Virus record (IMG/VR): IMGVR_UViG_3300024054_000008
Span: 1-64,000 of that record
Length of the DNA stretch: 64,000 bases
Direction: 5' to 3' (one strand)
From: a virus
The notes beneath the pieces were generated by a model. The model was not told the origin of the DNA. It was given only the letters and a program-made list of their open reading frames with translations, and did no database searches. This document shows positions 1 to 9,985 of this stretch, one piece after another. Made by a program: the position numbers and the translations under genes. Positions within the stretch are counted from its first letter, which is position 1. Each line of letters starts with the position of its first letter.

Positions 1-2323
1 CTCCCTGCGGACCCGTTACTCCCTGCGGACCCGTTACTCCCTGCGGACCCGTTACTCCCTGCGGACCCGTTGCTCCCTGCGGACCAGTGACGCCGGGCGA
101 TCCCTGTGGCCCGGCGGCACCGTCTGGGCCAGTAACTCCGGGCGATCCTTGAGGCCCGGTCGAGCCAGTGACACCCGGGGGACCTTGCGGTCCAGTCGGG
201 CCGGTTGCACCAGTAACTCCACCCAAACCAGTGGCGCCCTGAGGTCCGGTTACTCCAGGTGAACCTTGAGGTCCGGTGGCCCCGGTCGGACCTTGAAGCC
301 CGGTGGCGCCTATGGCTCCGGTGGAACCTTGTGGCCCAGTTACACCCTGCGGACCTGTCGGTCCTGTCTCGCCCTGAGGTCCGGTGGCACCAGTGACACC
401 GTCCGCGCCCTGTGGACCAGTTGCACCGGGCGACCCCTGTGGACCAGTTGCACCGGGCGACCCCTGAGGCCCGGTGGCTCCAGTAGTACCGTCAGGGCCG
501 GTGGCGCCGACTCCTGGGGACCCCTGTAGCCCCATGGCGCCAGTTGCTCCATCAGGACCGGTTACACCCTGCGGCCCGGTCGGGCCGGTGACTCCTTGCT
601 GGCCGGTCGGTCCCTGCTGGCCGGTCGGTCCATGTGGACCAGTAGCCCCTTGAGGTCCGGTTGCTCCGGTGACACCCTGTTGGCCGGTTGGACCGGTTGC
701 GCCATGAGACCCTGTCGGACCAGTCGCACCCTGTGGGCCGGTGGCTCCAGTTACACCTGGAACCCCATCAAGTCCAGTTGCCCCCTGAGGGCCAGTAGTC
801 CCTGGTGAACCTTGATTCCCCTGAAGACCAGGTGAACCTTGATTCCCCTGAAGACCAGGTGAACCCTGTGGTCCTGTAGTGCCTGGTGAACCCTGTGGAC
901 CAGTAACTCCAGTAGGACCTTGAGGACCGGTTGGACCGGGTGGGCCTGTAACACCAAGACCAGGCGGGCCTACTTGACCTGTTACACCAGGAGAACCTTG
1001 TTGTCCTTGTGGTCCTGTTGGTCCTGTTGGTCCTGTTGGTCCAGTTGCTCCACGTGGACCTGTTGGTCCAGTTGCTCCGGTAACGCCAGGTGAACCTTGA
1101 GGTCCAGTGGCGCCAGTGGCGCCACTGACTCCTTGTGGCCCTTGTGGACCTGTGGCTCCCTGCGGACCTGTTACTCCTTGTGGACCTGTTGCACCAGTGA
1201 CACCAGGAGAACCTTGTTGTCCAATTTGACCTGTTGGACCCTGTGGACCAGTTATGCCATGTTGACCAGTTGGTCCAATAGACCCTGTAGTACCGGGCGA
1301 ACCCTGATTACCTTGCGGACCAGTTGCTCCACGTGGACCTGTCGGACCAGTTGCTCCAGTGACACCAGGAGAACCTTGTTGTCCTTGCGGACCAGTAACA
1401 CCTTGCGGACCAGTAACAACTGGTCCGGTTTGACCTTGTGATCCAGTTGCTCCGGTGACACCAGGAGAACCTTGTATGCCTTGTGGTCCTGTTGACCCAG
1501 TAACACCTTGCGGACCGGTTGCACCACGTGGTCCAGTTGGTCCAGTTACGCCCGTAACACCAGGAGAACCCTGTATGCCCTGTGGTCCAGTTATTGATTG
1601 GCCGGTTGGCCCTTGTGGGCCGGTTGGTCCTGTAACACCAGGAGAACCCTGTACGCCTTGTAAACCGGTTACACCAGGTGAACCCTGTTGTCCATACGGA
1701 CCAGTCGGACCAGTAGCACCAGTAACGCCAGGAGATCCTTGTATACCCTGTTGGCCTGTCTGGCCGTAAGGACCAGTAACACCTGGCGATCCTTGAGGAC
1801 CCGCTGCACCTGTAACACCACGTACACCAGTCGCTCCTTGTGGACCGGTGACACCTGGCGATCCTTGTGGACCGGTGACACCTGGGCTTCCTTGTTCACC
1901 TTGCGGACCTGTAACGCCTAAACCTGGCGGGCCTAGTTGACCTTGTGGACCAGTTGGACCAGTTGCACCTGTTACACCAGGTGACCCTTGTATGCCTTGT
2001 TGGCCAGTAGCACCTTGCGGTCCAGTAGCTCCTTGCGGTCCAGTAGCACCTGTTATGCCAGGAGACCCCTGCGCTCCTTGCGGTCCAGTAGCTCCTTGCG
2101 GTCCAGTAGCTCCTTGCGGTCCAGTAGCTCCTTGCGGTCCAGTAACACCATCTGTACCGGCTGGACCAGTTGGTCCAACTGGTCCAGTTGCACCGTCTGT
2201 ACCGGCTGGACCAGTTGCTCCTGGAGAACCTTGTGGACCAGTTGGACCAGTTGAACCTGGTGGACCAGTTGGACCTGTAACCCCTTGCCTACCTCGGGGA
2301 TTATTTATAGAAGAAAAGGCCAC
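1..2323 (-). CDS. Collagen-like (G-X-Y repeat) protein, 3' end runs off the window (>770 aa); probable virion fibre
   Basis: GTG at 2323 directly after the 2325..3545 stop reads [32 protein letters not shown]. The frame was spot-checked at ~1930, ~1600, ~960 and 1-13 and stays in G-P-Q/G-V-T/G-A-T register. It is probably missing from the ORF track because no stop lies inside the window. Confidence 0.85.
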   Translation of the reverse strand, partial: MAFSSINNPRGRQGVTGPTGPPGSTGPTGPQGSPGATGPAGTDGATGPVGPTGPAGTDGVTGPQGATGPQGATGPQGATGPQGAQGSPGITGATGPQGATGPQGATGQQGIQGSPGVTGATGPTGPQGQLGPPGLGVTGPQGEQGSPGVTGPQGSPGVTGPQGATGVRGVTGAAGPQGSPGVTGPYGQTGQQGIQGSPGVTGATGPTGPYGQQGSPGVTGLQGVQGSPGVTGPTGPQGPTGQSITGPQGIQGSPGVTGVTGPTGPRGATGPQGVTGSTGPQGIQGSPGVTGATGSQGQTGPVVTGPQGVTGPQGQQGSPGVTGATGPTGPRGATGPQGNQGSPGTTGSIGPTGQHGITGPQGPTGQIGQQGSPGVTGATGPQGVTGPQGATGPQGPQGVSGATGATGPQGSPGVTGATGPTGPRGATGPTGPTGPTGPQGQQGSPGVTGQVGPPGLGVTGPPGPTGPQGPTGVTGPQGSPGTTGPQGSPGLQGNQGSPGLQGNQGSPGTTGPQGATGLDGVPGVTGATGPQGATGPTGSHGATGPTGQQGVTGATGPQGATGPHGPTGQQGPTGQQGVTGPTGPQGVTGPDGATGAMGLQGSPGVGATGPDGTTGATGPQGSPGATGPQGSPGATGPQGADGVTGATGPQGETGPTGPQGVTGPQGSTGAIGATGLQGPTGATGPQGSPGVTGPQGATGLGGVTGATGPTGPQGPPGVTGSTGPQGSPGVTGPDGAAGPQGSPGVTGPQGATGPQGVTGPQGVTGPQGVTGPQG

Positions 2324-2324
2324 C

Positions 2325-3545
2325 TTAACTTGATGCTGTTAATGTAATGCTAATAGTTCCAGGCGTACCTGAACCTCCCTCTGCAGCTAATAATCTAACC
2401 GTCTTTGTACCTCCTGGTGAAGCCGTTTCTAACATAAAACTTATCGGGTTGTTATTTATTGGAGCTGGTCCAACCAAATCATTTATAAACATATTCTGAG
2501 ATGATTCAGCAGTATTTATTTCAACAAAATTCTCGTTTATCAATGTTGACTGTGTTTCTTCAATTCCATTGCCCCACATTAATCTTAAAATTGCATGACC
2601 ACCGTATGAACCACGCGTGTAAGTTATATAAAATGCAATTTTTCTGATTCCAGATGGAATAACATATTGTGATTGATTTGTAAATATGTTACCAATTGGC
2701 AAAATTTGAGTTGACAAATGGACAACCCTATCAAGTTCGAACGGACAACATTTAGAATTTACCAATACAGTGCTACACACAATCGGTTTGGTTTGTGGAC
2801 ATGATGACATAGTAGTACCGCACGGCTGGTGTTTACGAATTGAGGAACAAATCAATGATGTTGATTGGTGGCATTTACTTACCAACAAAACACACGGCAA
2901 AAGTGGATTTATCACGCAAAAATTTTGTTTGACAGAAGTTAATGGTGCAGTTAGTGATTCTTTGTATTCCCAAATAACATAATAATTACCAGTTGTTACG
3001 TTTACAAACCATGGAGCATAATATTTACCGGTTCCAAACCTAACAGCATAAAATTTCGGCGTAATTGCTCTATCCAAAATATCATATATTGTCCAACAAA
3101 CTATGTCAGCATCTGTCAGTATGTTATTTTCATTTCTAAGAAAGAGCGCCATATCTTTTTCTGTAAGAAGAGTTCCAGACAAAAATGTGTTGAATCCTGT
3201 TGGTGGTATACCATCGTTACATACATTATCAGTTGGACATACGTAGCTATTTGGATTAACAACAAAAAACATTGATTCTTTTTTCAGAATCGGGCCTCCA
3301 AATTTTTCTTGGTACTCCCAAATGATTTTGTAACCGCCATTCTTGCTGATAACCTTCCAAGGTGCGTAATATTCACCAACACCAGACTTTGCAGCATTTA
3401 ATTTTAGGCCAGATACGCGTTCACCATTTGACGAATAAATTGTCCATTTGACTGATACAGCGTCTTTCGGATAACCAAGATCGTTATTTAACTTAAAAGT
3501 TAAATCGCATTTAGATAAACATGTGTCAGGAAAGAAAAGTGTCAT
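2325..3545 (-). CDS. Putative structural protein with two internally duplicated Ig-like/beta-sandwich domains
   Basis: Internal repeat VKWTIY...[11 protein letters not shown]...GGYKIIWEY vs VCWTIY...[11 protein letters not shown]...GNYYVIWEY, then a Cys-rich linker and a C-terminal domain. Translationally coupled to the collagen gene. Confidence 0.55.
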   Translation of the reverse strand: MTLFFPDTCLSKCDLTFKLNNDLGYPKDAVSVKWTIYSSNGERVSGLKLNAAKSGVGEYYAPWKVISKNGGYKIIWEYQEKFGGPILKKESMFFVVNPNSYVCPTDNVCNDGIPPTGFNTFLSGTLLTEKDMALFLRNENNILTDADIVCWTIYDILDRAITPKFYAVRFGTGKYYAPWFVNVTTGNYYVIWEYKESLTAPLTSVKQNFCVINPLLPCVLLVSKCHQSTSLICSSIRKHQPCGTTMSSCPQTKPIVCSTVLVNSKCCPFELDRVVHLSTQILPIGNIFTNQSQYVIPSGIRKIAFYITYTRGSYGGHAILRLMWGNGIEETQSTLINENFVEINTAESSQNMFINDLVGPAPINNNPISFMLETASPGGTKTVRLLAAEGGSGTPGTISITLTASS

Positions 3546-3931
3546 TTTGTTGTTGATGCTATTAGGGTTCCCTTTGAAGAAGGCTCAAAAAGACCAGACG
3601 GAGCAACTTCAAATTCTCTTGGTATTTCTAGAGGAACAGAATGAACCATTATGTTTATTTTCCAAAATCCGGTTCTGTCAGGAAAAAACCGTAATGAATA
3701 ATAACCAGATGATCCAAGAATTTCGTTAAAATAAAACTTACCAGATGATATTGAAGCATCAGATGTAGATGAACCATCAAGTAACGGCCAAGGTAGCGCT
3801 ATATTATTAACAAATGCTGAAACTGTTATAGCAGAAGCAGTTAGACCTTGCATTCTGACGAATGCTTGACCAGATAAAAATATATCTATTTGATCAAATG
3901 CCAAAACACCAGCTGAAATAAGACGACTCAT
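3542..3931 (-). CDS. Hypothetical beta-rich, probably structural protein
   Basis: 129-aa ORF overlapping the start of the next gene; the GYYSLRFFPDRTGFWKINI motif resembles the repeat in 2325..3545. Confidence 0.5.
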   Translation of the reverse strand: MSRLISAGVLAFDQIDIFLSGQAFVRMQGLTASAITVSAFVNNIALPWPLLDGSSTSDASISSGKFYFNEILGSSGYYSLRFFPDRTGFWKINIMVHSVPLEIPREFEVAPSGLFEPSSKGTLIASTTK

Positions 3932-4008
3932 ACTTGAGAAAAGGTATTAACGGCTTGTCGAATAATTAGAAAACTAATACCGTAAATTATGTTAAATTAT
4001 TTTAATCT

Positions 4009-4260
4009 TTACGAATTATCAAATAAAAGACGCTTGACAGCAACAATCTGTTGCGAATATTGATGAGCGTTAACTTTAGCTTCATTAGTAAAATATGATC
4101 TCTTTAAATCCTGAATGGAACCGCCAATATTTTTAAATATAAAATAAACCCGTTGGCCTTGTCTTCTTTCGCGAACTAACTCACAACCGCTAATTAACAA
4201 AAAAGCTGCAAAATAAATGTCATTCGTTTCAATTTCGTTTGTGTCTAAAACAGTTGTCAT
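4009..4260 (-). CDS. Small DUF5659-like protein
   Basis: ETNDIYFAAFLLISGCEL...RVYFIF matches my recollection of the DUF5659 pattern; 83 aa. Confidence 0.5.
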   Translation of the reverse strand: MTTVLDTNEIETNDIYFAAFLLISGCELVRERRQGQRVYFIFKNIGGSIQDLKRSYFTNEAKVNAHQYSQQIVAVKRLLFDNS

Positions 4261-4263
4261 TGA

Positions 4264-6057
4264 TCACACTGTACCAGTTAAATGCATAACCCAACGTGTT
4301 TTTCCAACGTCCCAAATTTGTTTATACCCTTGACTTTCCCTAAGTTGTTTTTCAGTAAGTTGCAAATTTAATTCTGATGATTTTTTACGCAAACCAGATT
4401 TGTGGTATCTAGCACCACCTTTTACCCAGTAATAATCTTGATTCAATTCGCCATCTTTTGTAAAACCGAGTTTTTCATACACTTTGCCAGTAAACAAACG
4501 ATTATCAGAGAATGAAACAATTGATAACGGTTTCATATCAGAAATTGAAACTTTAAACAATTTAGACATAAGGCCATTAATTCTATAACCAAGTTTACAT
4601 GACATTCTAATTAATTCATACTCATATTTTGATTGTCTTGTGGGTTTTTTGAAACTAATACATCCAACTAAAACGCCATCAAAAAAAGCGCCATAGTTAC
4701 GAGAAGTCCTGCATCCACCTATATAATGATTTTCTTCATAAAATTCATCAGCAACTGAAGAAGGAATTTTTTTAACCAAACACGAAGAAGCTCGCAATGT
4801 TATTGATTTATTTATCAGAAGACGGTTCAGAATTATAGATTTTATCTTATTTTGTGATCTTGACCATTCATCCTCAAACACCATCATGTATGAAAATCCG
4901 TTGTCTATTGCATTTTTATATTTATTAAAATCACGATGTTTAGATAGCACCAAACTATGATATTTAAGACCGTTGAATTCAATAACTAATTTAGAATCAG
5001 GGATGCAAATATCATAATTCAATTTACCAATTTTATACTCAAGAATAGACGACACTCCGTTGGAAACAAGAAACTCATGTATTCCTTTTTGTCCATTTGA
5101 TATGCGATATGTTACACACCCGCATGTCAAAGACTTACCGAGCCTAATCGAGTCCCAATTCGGTTTGTATGTTCTTTTGCATGCTGGACAAACAACACTG
5201 AATGGTTTTTTCGTTCTAGTTACAGATTCAAGCATAACAAATGGACTGTTCGGTAAATCTGATTGTGATATTGGTGGTTTTAATCTAGTGATTTCATTTT
5301 GATTTTCAAAATACCATTTCTGGATAGACTCACGACATTTGCCGCATGCGGTAGTTCTACCTCTTGTAACATTTTGTATAATAGCAGAAGTTATATTGCC
5401 ACAATCACAAATCCATTCAACTTTTTTGTTGGATCTCAAACCAATTGAACCTGGATTTAACATTCTTAACTTACCAAATTTTGACTCTTTCCAAAAATCT
5501 GATAATTTTATATCGCATTTTCCACAAGATTTAGAATGACCACGAATAACATCAGTAACAGATCGTAAAGACACACTGCCACAGTCACATATCCACTCAA
5601 CATGCTTATTTGAATATTTATGTATATCAATTGGATTCAACATTCTAAGCTTACCAAATTTTTTGTTTATCCAATCTTTAGCAAGAATTAGATTGCATTT
5701 TCCACAAGATTTGATAGACCCTGATGTTACTAATGCAATTGATACAATTGTATTCATACCACAATCACAGACCCATTCAACTTTTTTATTTGAACTACGG
5801 TTAATGCCGATCGGATTCAACATTTTCAGTTTACCGTATTTTATTGACTTAAAATGATCAGCTGTTAAGAAATTGCATTTGCCACATTTTTTTGTATGAC
5901 CATTAAAAACTTTTGCCCAAGTTTTGACTACATTTTTATTACCACAAGAACAATTAAATACAGCTGGTTTACAAGACCAACGCGGCAGTATGTCTTGTCC
6001 AGGCGCTAAAGTTAAAGTCATCAATTTAACCGTACATATCAAGTAAACCTTTACCAC
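4264..6057 (-). CDS. Free-standing endonuclease: Cys-repeat array + Vsr/DUF559-like nuclease + GNAT-like C-terminal domain (Hef-like)
   Basis: About 3.5 repeats of FGKLRMLNP...VEWICDCG...SCGKC; nuclease motif YDICIPDSKLVIEFNGLKYH...VFEDEW; C-terminal YGAFFDGVLVGCISF...YELIRM...SFSDNRLFTGKVYEKLGF. Confidence 0.75.
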   Translation of the reverse strand: MVKVYLICTVKLMTLTLAPGQDILPRWSCKPAVFNCSCGNKNVVKTWAKVFNGHTKKCGKCNFLTADHFKSIKYGKLKMLNPIGINRSSNKKVEWVCDCGMNTIVSIALVTSGSIKSCGKCNLILAKDWINKKFGKLRMLNPIDIHKYSNKHVEWICDCGSVSLRSVTDVIRGHSKSCGKCDIKLSDFWKESKFGKLRMLNPGSIGLRSNKKVEWICDCGNITSAIIQNVTRGRTTACGKCRESIQKWYFENQNEITRLKPPISQSDLPNSPFVMLESVTRTKKPFSVVCPACKRTYKPNWDSIRLGKSLTCGCVTYRISNGQKGIHEFLVSNGVSSILEYKIGKLNYDICIPDSKLVIEFNGLKYHSLVLSKHRDFNKYKNAIDNGFSYMMVFEDEWSRSQNKIKSIILNRLLINKSITLRASSCLVKKIPSSVADEFYEENHYIGGCRTSRNYGAFFDGVLVGCISFKKPTRQSKYEYELIRMSCKLGYRINGLMSKLFKVSISDMKPLSIVSFSDNRLFTGKVYEKLGFTKDGELNQDYYWVKGGARYHKSGLRKKSSELNLQLTEKQLRESQGYKQIWDVGKTRWVMHLTGTV

Positions 6058-6995
6058 AATTTTAACATTCGAATAATTGTTATGCTAACAAAAGTTAATA
6101 TAATAAACAAAGACCAAAATGGAATTTCGAACGCTTTATACTCTGGCATATAAAGAAAATTCATGCCATACACTGAAGTTAATACGTTTATCGGCATTGA
6201 TACAAGTGCGATAGCAGTTAGTTTTTTCATATTATCATTAACTTTGTGGTCTACTAACAAAACTTGGAACATAATATTGTCTGATAGTATATTTCTGTCT
6301 ACCACAGTCTCTTCCGTTATATGATCTATATTATTAACCATGTTCAACAAAAATGGCTTTGTATTTTCACTTATGTGTAAGCTGTTTCTATGGGCTAAAT
6401 GCCTTAAAGTAACTCTGAATTTATGAGCAAGATTTCTAAGGTTCAAAAGTTCCATGCTTATGACAGAAGCTTCGCCAACCAGAACTTTCATTTTTTTGTT
6501 AGAAATGTCCCACTGCATAAGTTTATGACGTAAATCGTCATGTACTTTATGATAACCATCCAAAGCATGTTGACACATTTCAAAAATTAAAAATGCCGGT
6601 CCCCGTGCTACTTTGTTAAAGTCAGTAATGTATCCATCTTTCAGTTTATTTATTATATAATTTTCGCCATTGTGAACAGTTACAAGATGTCTATACCCAA
6701 GAAGGCACCTCACAGTCTCAGTTTGAATAACATTATTGTGAAGAAAACATGTAGTTATGTTAAATAACATATCATTTTGTCGATAAACCTCAATATCATC
6801 GTATAAATTATTAACCAGATCTTTATTAATATCATTTTTAATTAAATATTCATTAATTTTTTCTGTTTTCGTAGAATCAATGTCTACCCATATAAAATTT
6901 TTCCCTAACTTTGGTATAGAAATATCGTTGTTAAAATCAACTTCTTGTTCTGATTTGTTATCAAAATCAAATTCAATAATTCTAGGTTTGTTCAC
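6051..6995 (-). CDS. corA: CorA-family Mg2+/Co2+ transporter
   Basis: 314 aa; two C-terminal hydrophobic helices flanking the signature YGMNF..MPEY; N-terminal FIWVDI motif. Confidence 0.9.
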   Translation of the reverse strand: MNKPRIIEFDFDNKSEQEVDFNNDISIPKLGKNFIWVDIDSTKTEKINEYLIKNDINKDLVNNLYDDIEVYRQNDMLFNITTCFLHNNVIQTETVRCLLGYRHLVTVHNGENYIINKLKDGYITDFNKVARGPAFLIFEMCQHALDGYHKVHDDLRHKLMQWDISNKKMKVLVGEASVISMELLNLRNLAHKFRVTLRHLAHRNSLHISENTKPFLLNMVNNIDHITEETVVDRNILSDNIMFQVLLVDHKVNDNMKKLTAIALVSMPINVLTSVYGMNFLYMPEYKAFEIPFWSLFIILTFVSITIIRMLKLW

Positions 6996-7037
6996 CTAGA
7001 ACAATACGCAGAGGTATCAGCTACTAATAAACTAACC

Positions 7038-7859
7038 TCATAGAGAGAAAACTGAAACACCATCATCTTGCAAAAACGCGGCTGCTACGCCAGCTGGCAA
7101 CCCAACTCTATCACCACCTGGTTGAAACGTAGCACTACGCATCTTTGAGAAAACACCATATGCGAATGACAATAAAACTGCCCCAGTTTCAACAAAACTT
7201 GGCGCTATAACTTCAGCTACCGCGTCAACAAGCGCGGCTTGCTTTGTTGCTGAAAGCAATGACCAAGATGATAAAGCAACTATAGCCGCAGTACTAACAT
7301 TAATCGTAGTTGGTGTTGGATAAACAGCCGCCTTAACAGACGCAACTGTGATACCTGTTACAGTAACGCCGCCGGCTGCAAACCCAACGGCGGTATTTAA
7401 AGTGCTTCCATTCACCACTGAATCAACTTGCAAACGTGCGCTTGGGCCAGCATTATCATCGGTTGTATCAATCTGAAGTTGATTAGTGCCGGCCACTGAT
7501 GCAACAAACGGTAGACCACGTGCAACGAATGCTGTGTTTAGGTCATCACGAATAGTGGTTTTAGGAACTGCAAGACCCTGAGTTACAGATATGACTTCAT
7601 AAGCATCAGCAGCGTTTCTGCGTATTCTCAATGTGTCATCTGGTCCAGTTATCGTGTCAACAGTTGCGGACATGTCAGTGCCACGCAATGACAGGAACGC
7701 AAATAAATTTAATGCTGATTCAATTTCAGCATCAGTTGGATACCGTAGAATTCTGCTTTGACCAGGTGGTTCCATAGAGAAACCGCGTTGAACACGACTC
7801 TCAACATCTGATGTGTAAAGACCTGGCCCAAGATCAGTTCTAACTATTCCTGCTCGCAT
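7038..7859 (-). CDS. Putative virion structural protein (paralog of 7887..8702)
   Basis: Ala/Thr/Val/Gly-rich, SD GAGG. Shares GIVRTDLG.G.Y.SDVESRVQR...PPGQSR and AVYPTPTTINVS, FVETGAVLLSF with its neighbour. Confidence 0.6.
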   Translation of the reverse strand: MRAGIVRTDLGPGLYTSDVESRVQRGFSMEPPGQSRILRYPTDAEIESALNLFAFLSLRGTDMSATVDTITGPDDTLRIRRNAADAYEVISVTQGLAVPKTTIRDDLNTAFVARGLPFVASVAGTNQLQIDTTDDNAGPSARLQVDSVVNGSTLNTAVGFAAGGVTVTGITVASVKAAVYPTPTTINVSTAAIVALSSWSLLSATKQAALVDAVAEVIAPSFVETGAVLLSFAYGVFSKMRSATFQPGGDRVGLPAGVAAAFLQDDGVSVFSL

Positions 7860-7886
7860 GTTTTCCTCATGTTATAACGCATAGCG

Positions 7887-8702
7887 TCAAGGATAAGTGA
7901 ATGCCGTCACACCATCGTTCTCTACTATTGCGGCAGCAATTCCGGCTGCATGCCCAGCTCTTACTCCGCCAGGTCGGAATGAAGCCTGAATAAGCTCACT
8001 TAAGACACCGCTCTGAAATGAAAGTAGAACAGCGCCAGTTTCTACAAACATTGGTGCTATAACTTCAGCTATAGCAGTAACTAGATCGTCTTTTTGAGCA
8101 GTTGTCAAACTAGCAAAGGTTGATAAAGCTGTTATTGTGGCAGAGCTAACATTAATCGTAGTTGGTGTTGGATAAACAGCCGTTTGAAGAGCTGCGACAG
8201 ACAGACCATTAGCAGTAAACCCATCCGTAAATCCAACAGCAGTTGTCAAAGTGCAACCATTCGCAACCGTATCAAGCTCCAAATGAGCACTCGGTCCAGA
8301 ATTTGGTGAAATTGAATCAATTTGAAGTTGATTCGTACCAACAACTGACGCAACAAACGGGACGCCATCTGCTACAAACGCAGCATTCAGATCATTACGA
8401 ATAGTTGTTTTTGCAGTTGCTGCACCTGCTGTTACGGTTACTACATAAAATGAACCATTACCAGGGCCACGAATCCTCAACGTATTATTTACAGCTGTAT
8501 TAACTGAGGCAGCAAGATTTGCCCCTCTATGACTTAAAAATGCAAATTCATTTAGAACTGACTCAATTTCAGTGTTAGTTGGACGGCGAACATTTCGGCT
8601 CTGACCAGGCGGTTGAAGAACAAAGTTGCGCTGAACGCGGCTTTCTACATCAGAAATGTAGACTCCATCTCCTAAATCAGTTCTAACTATGCCAACGCGC
8701 AT
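7887..8702 (-). CDS. Putative virion structural protein (paralog of 7038..7859)
   Basis: Collinear similarity to 7038..7859 over the whole length; SD GGAGG. Confidence 0.6.
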   Translation of the reverse strand: MRVGIVRTDLGDGVYISDVESRVQRNFVLQPPGQSRNVRRPTNTEIESVLNEFAFLSHRGANLAASVNTAVNNTLRIRGPGNGSFYVVTVTAGAATAKTTIRNDLNAAFVADGVPFVASVVGTNQLQIDSISPNSGPSAHLELDTVANGCTLTTAVGFTDGFTANGLSVAALQTAVYPTPTTINVSSATITALSTFASLTTAQKDDLVTAIAEVIAPMFVETGAVLLSFQSGVLSELIQASFRPGGVRAGHAAGIAAAIVENDGVTAFTYP

Positions 8703-8720
8703 ATCTTCCTCCAGTGCGGA

Positions 8721-9275
8721 TCATGTGAGCACAAACTGGTTGCTATATTTGGAGTTAGCAAAAACTCTGACTAACCAACCAGGTGTCACAGAACCAATCG
8801 TAACGGCTGCATCGGGAACAACAATGCTGACAGCAGTATGAGTCGTAAAAGACGCCTGAGAAACAAGCTGAGTAAGCCCACCCGGGCTTGTAAACTCAAC
8901 ATAAGTTAAATCAGGGGTAACAGAAAGGAAAGTCGTACCAGTCAATGTAGTGCTAGCCAAATTGACACCGGCTGTGATAACCGATGTTGCTATCAAACTA
9001 GATGTAAAGAAAAACGAACTAACGTACCCACTAGACGTTAATCCAGCTATTGTTCCACGATCAGCTGACAAAAGAACTCTGTCTGTTGGAACAAAATCGC
9101 TATACCCCTTAACAGCGGTGTTTAATGGATTCGAGTATGGAACGTAAACTTGTTGTTTTCGAAATTGTGCATACATTTCAGTATTAGACTGCCCATCATC
9201 AGCCTTATCTATCAAAATTGATCTCTGAATAGAGTCAACTTGTTCGTTGACTACTCTTAACAACGTTATAGGCAT
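8721..9275 (-). CDS. Putative structural protein
   Basis: 184 aa, Thr/Ser/Val-rich, SD GGAG, within the structural-type cluster. Confidence 0.5.
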   Translation of the reverse strand: MPITLLRVVNEQVDSIQRSILIDKADDGQSNTEMYAQFRKQQVYVPYSNPLNTAVKGYSDFVPTDRVLLSADRGTIAGLTSSGYVSSFFFTSSLIATSVITAGVNLASTTLTGTTFLSVTPDLTYVEFTSPGGLTQLVSQASFTTHTAVSIVVPDAAVTIGSVTPGWLVRVFANSKYSNQFVLT

Positions 9276-9315
9276 ACTCGTCTTCTCCTAGGATGGAGAA
9301 ATTATAAAAAACACA

Positions 9316-9954
9316 TCAGGCAACAACGCTATGCTGCATTGCGCATATAGCGTTAAAAGTTGCTGCTCCAGCATCACCTCTAGCAAACAACACAGCTGAT
9401 GTAGTATCGAATAATTCCAAATATGAAGTCGGACCTATTGTGTATTCAGGACCGCCTGGGGTTATGGCTATAAACAAATTATTTCCAGATAAATTTTTGA
9501 TTATGAATTGATCACAAGTTTTTGGTAGATTAATTTCAACTGATCCAGCCAGTGAAGCTGCCATTGGAGCATCGCCATTTAAAACAGCTGGTGGGTTTGA
9601 TGTTGGATTATAAGGAACAACCATATGGTATGCACCAAGAGTACCAAATACACCGCCCAATGGCCTTGTTGCCATTTTTAAGAAAAATGGTACACCATCA
9701 GTTATTGAATAGTCACTAGGGTCAAACAAAAATCTTACCAAATCTCTAAATCTACTATCATTAAAACCAGTATCTAAAACAGACGGAGACACATACCCGC
9801 GTCTTGGAACATCTTGAATAGTGGCAGCAGCTGCATCAAAATTAGCTGCATAAGCAAATCTATACTCAACTATTGGTGGATCTCCGCCTTGGTCGGGCGT
9901 AACTAAATCGACCAACGTTGGTCTTCTTCTTGTAATACTAAAATCCCTTGCCAT
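9316..9954 (-). CDS. Putative structural protein
   Basis: 212-aa ORF heading the 7038-9954 cluster; no recognisable catalytic motif. Confidence 0.45.
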   Translation of the reverse strand: MARDFSITRRRPTLVDLVTPDQGGDPPIVEYRFAYAANFDAAAATIQDVPRRGYVSPSVLDTGFNDSRFRDLVRFLFDPSDYSITDGVPFFLKMATRPLGGVFGTLGAYHMVVPYNPTSNPPAVLNGDAPMAASLAGSVEINLPKTCDQFIIKNLSGNNLFIAITPGGPEYTIGPTSYLELFDTTSAVLFARGDAGAATFNAICAMQHSVVA

Positions 9955-9985
9955 TTAAAAGTCAGAACTAATTAAAAATAGATTA

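Noticed and set aside
1-85. Perfect 18-nt tandem repeats (ctccctgcggacccgtta x~4.7) as a CRISPR array or VNTR element
   Set aside because: There are no spacers; the unit is six codons (GPQGVT) of the collagen frame.
266-2333. Many short ORFs on both strands (PCGPVAP..., WTSCT... types)
   Set aside because: Shadow translations of the G-X-Y collagen gene in other frames or on the antisense strand.
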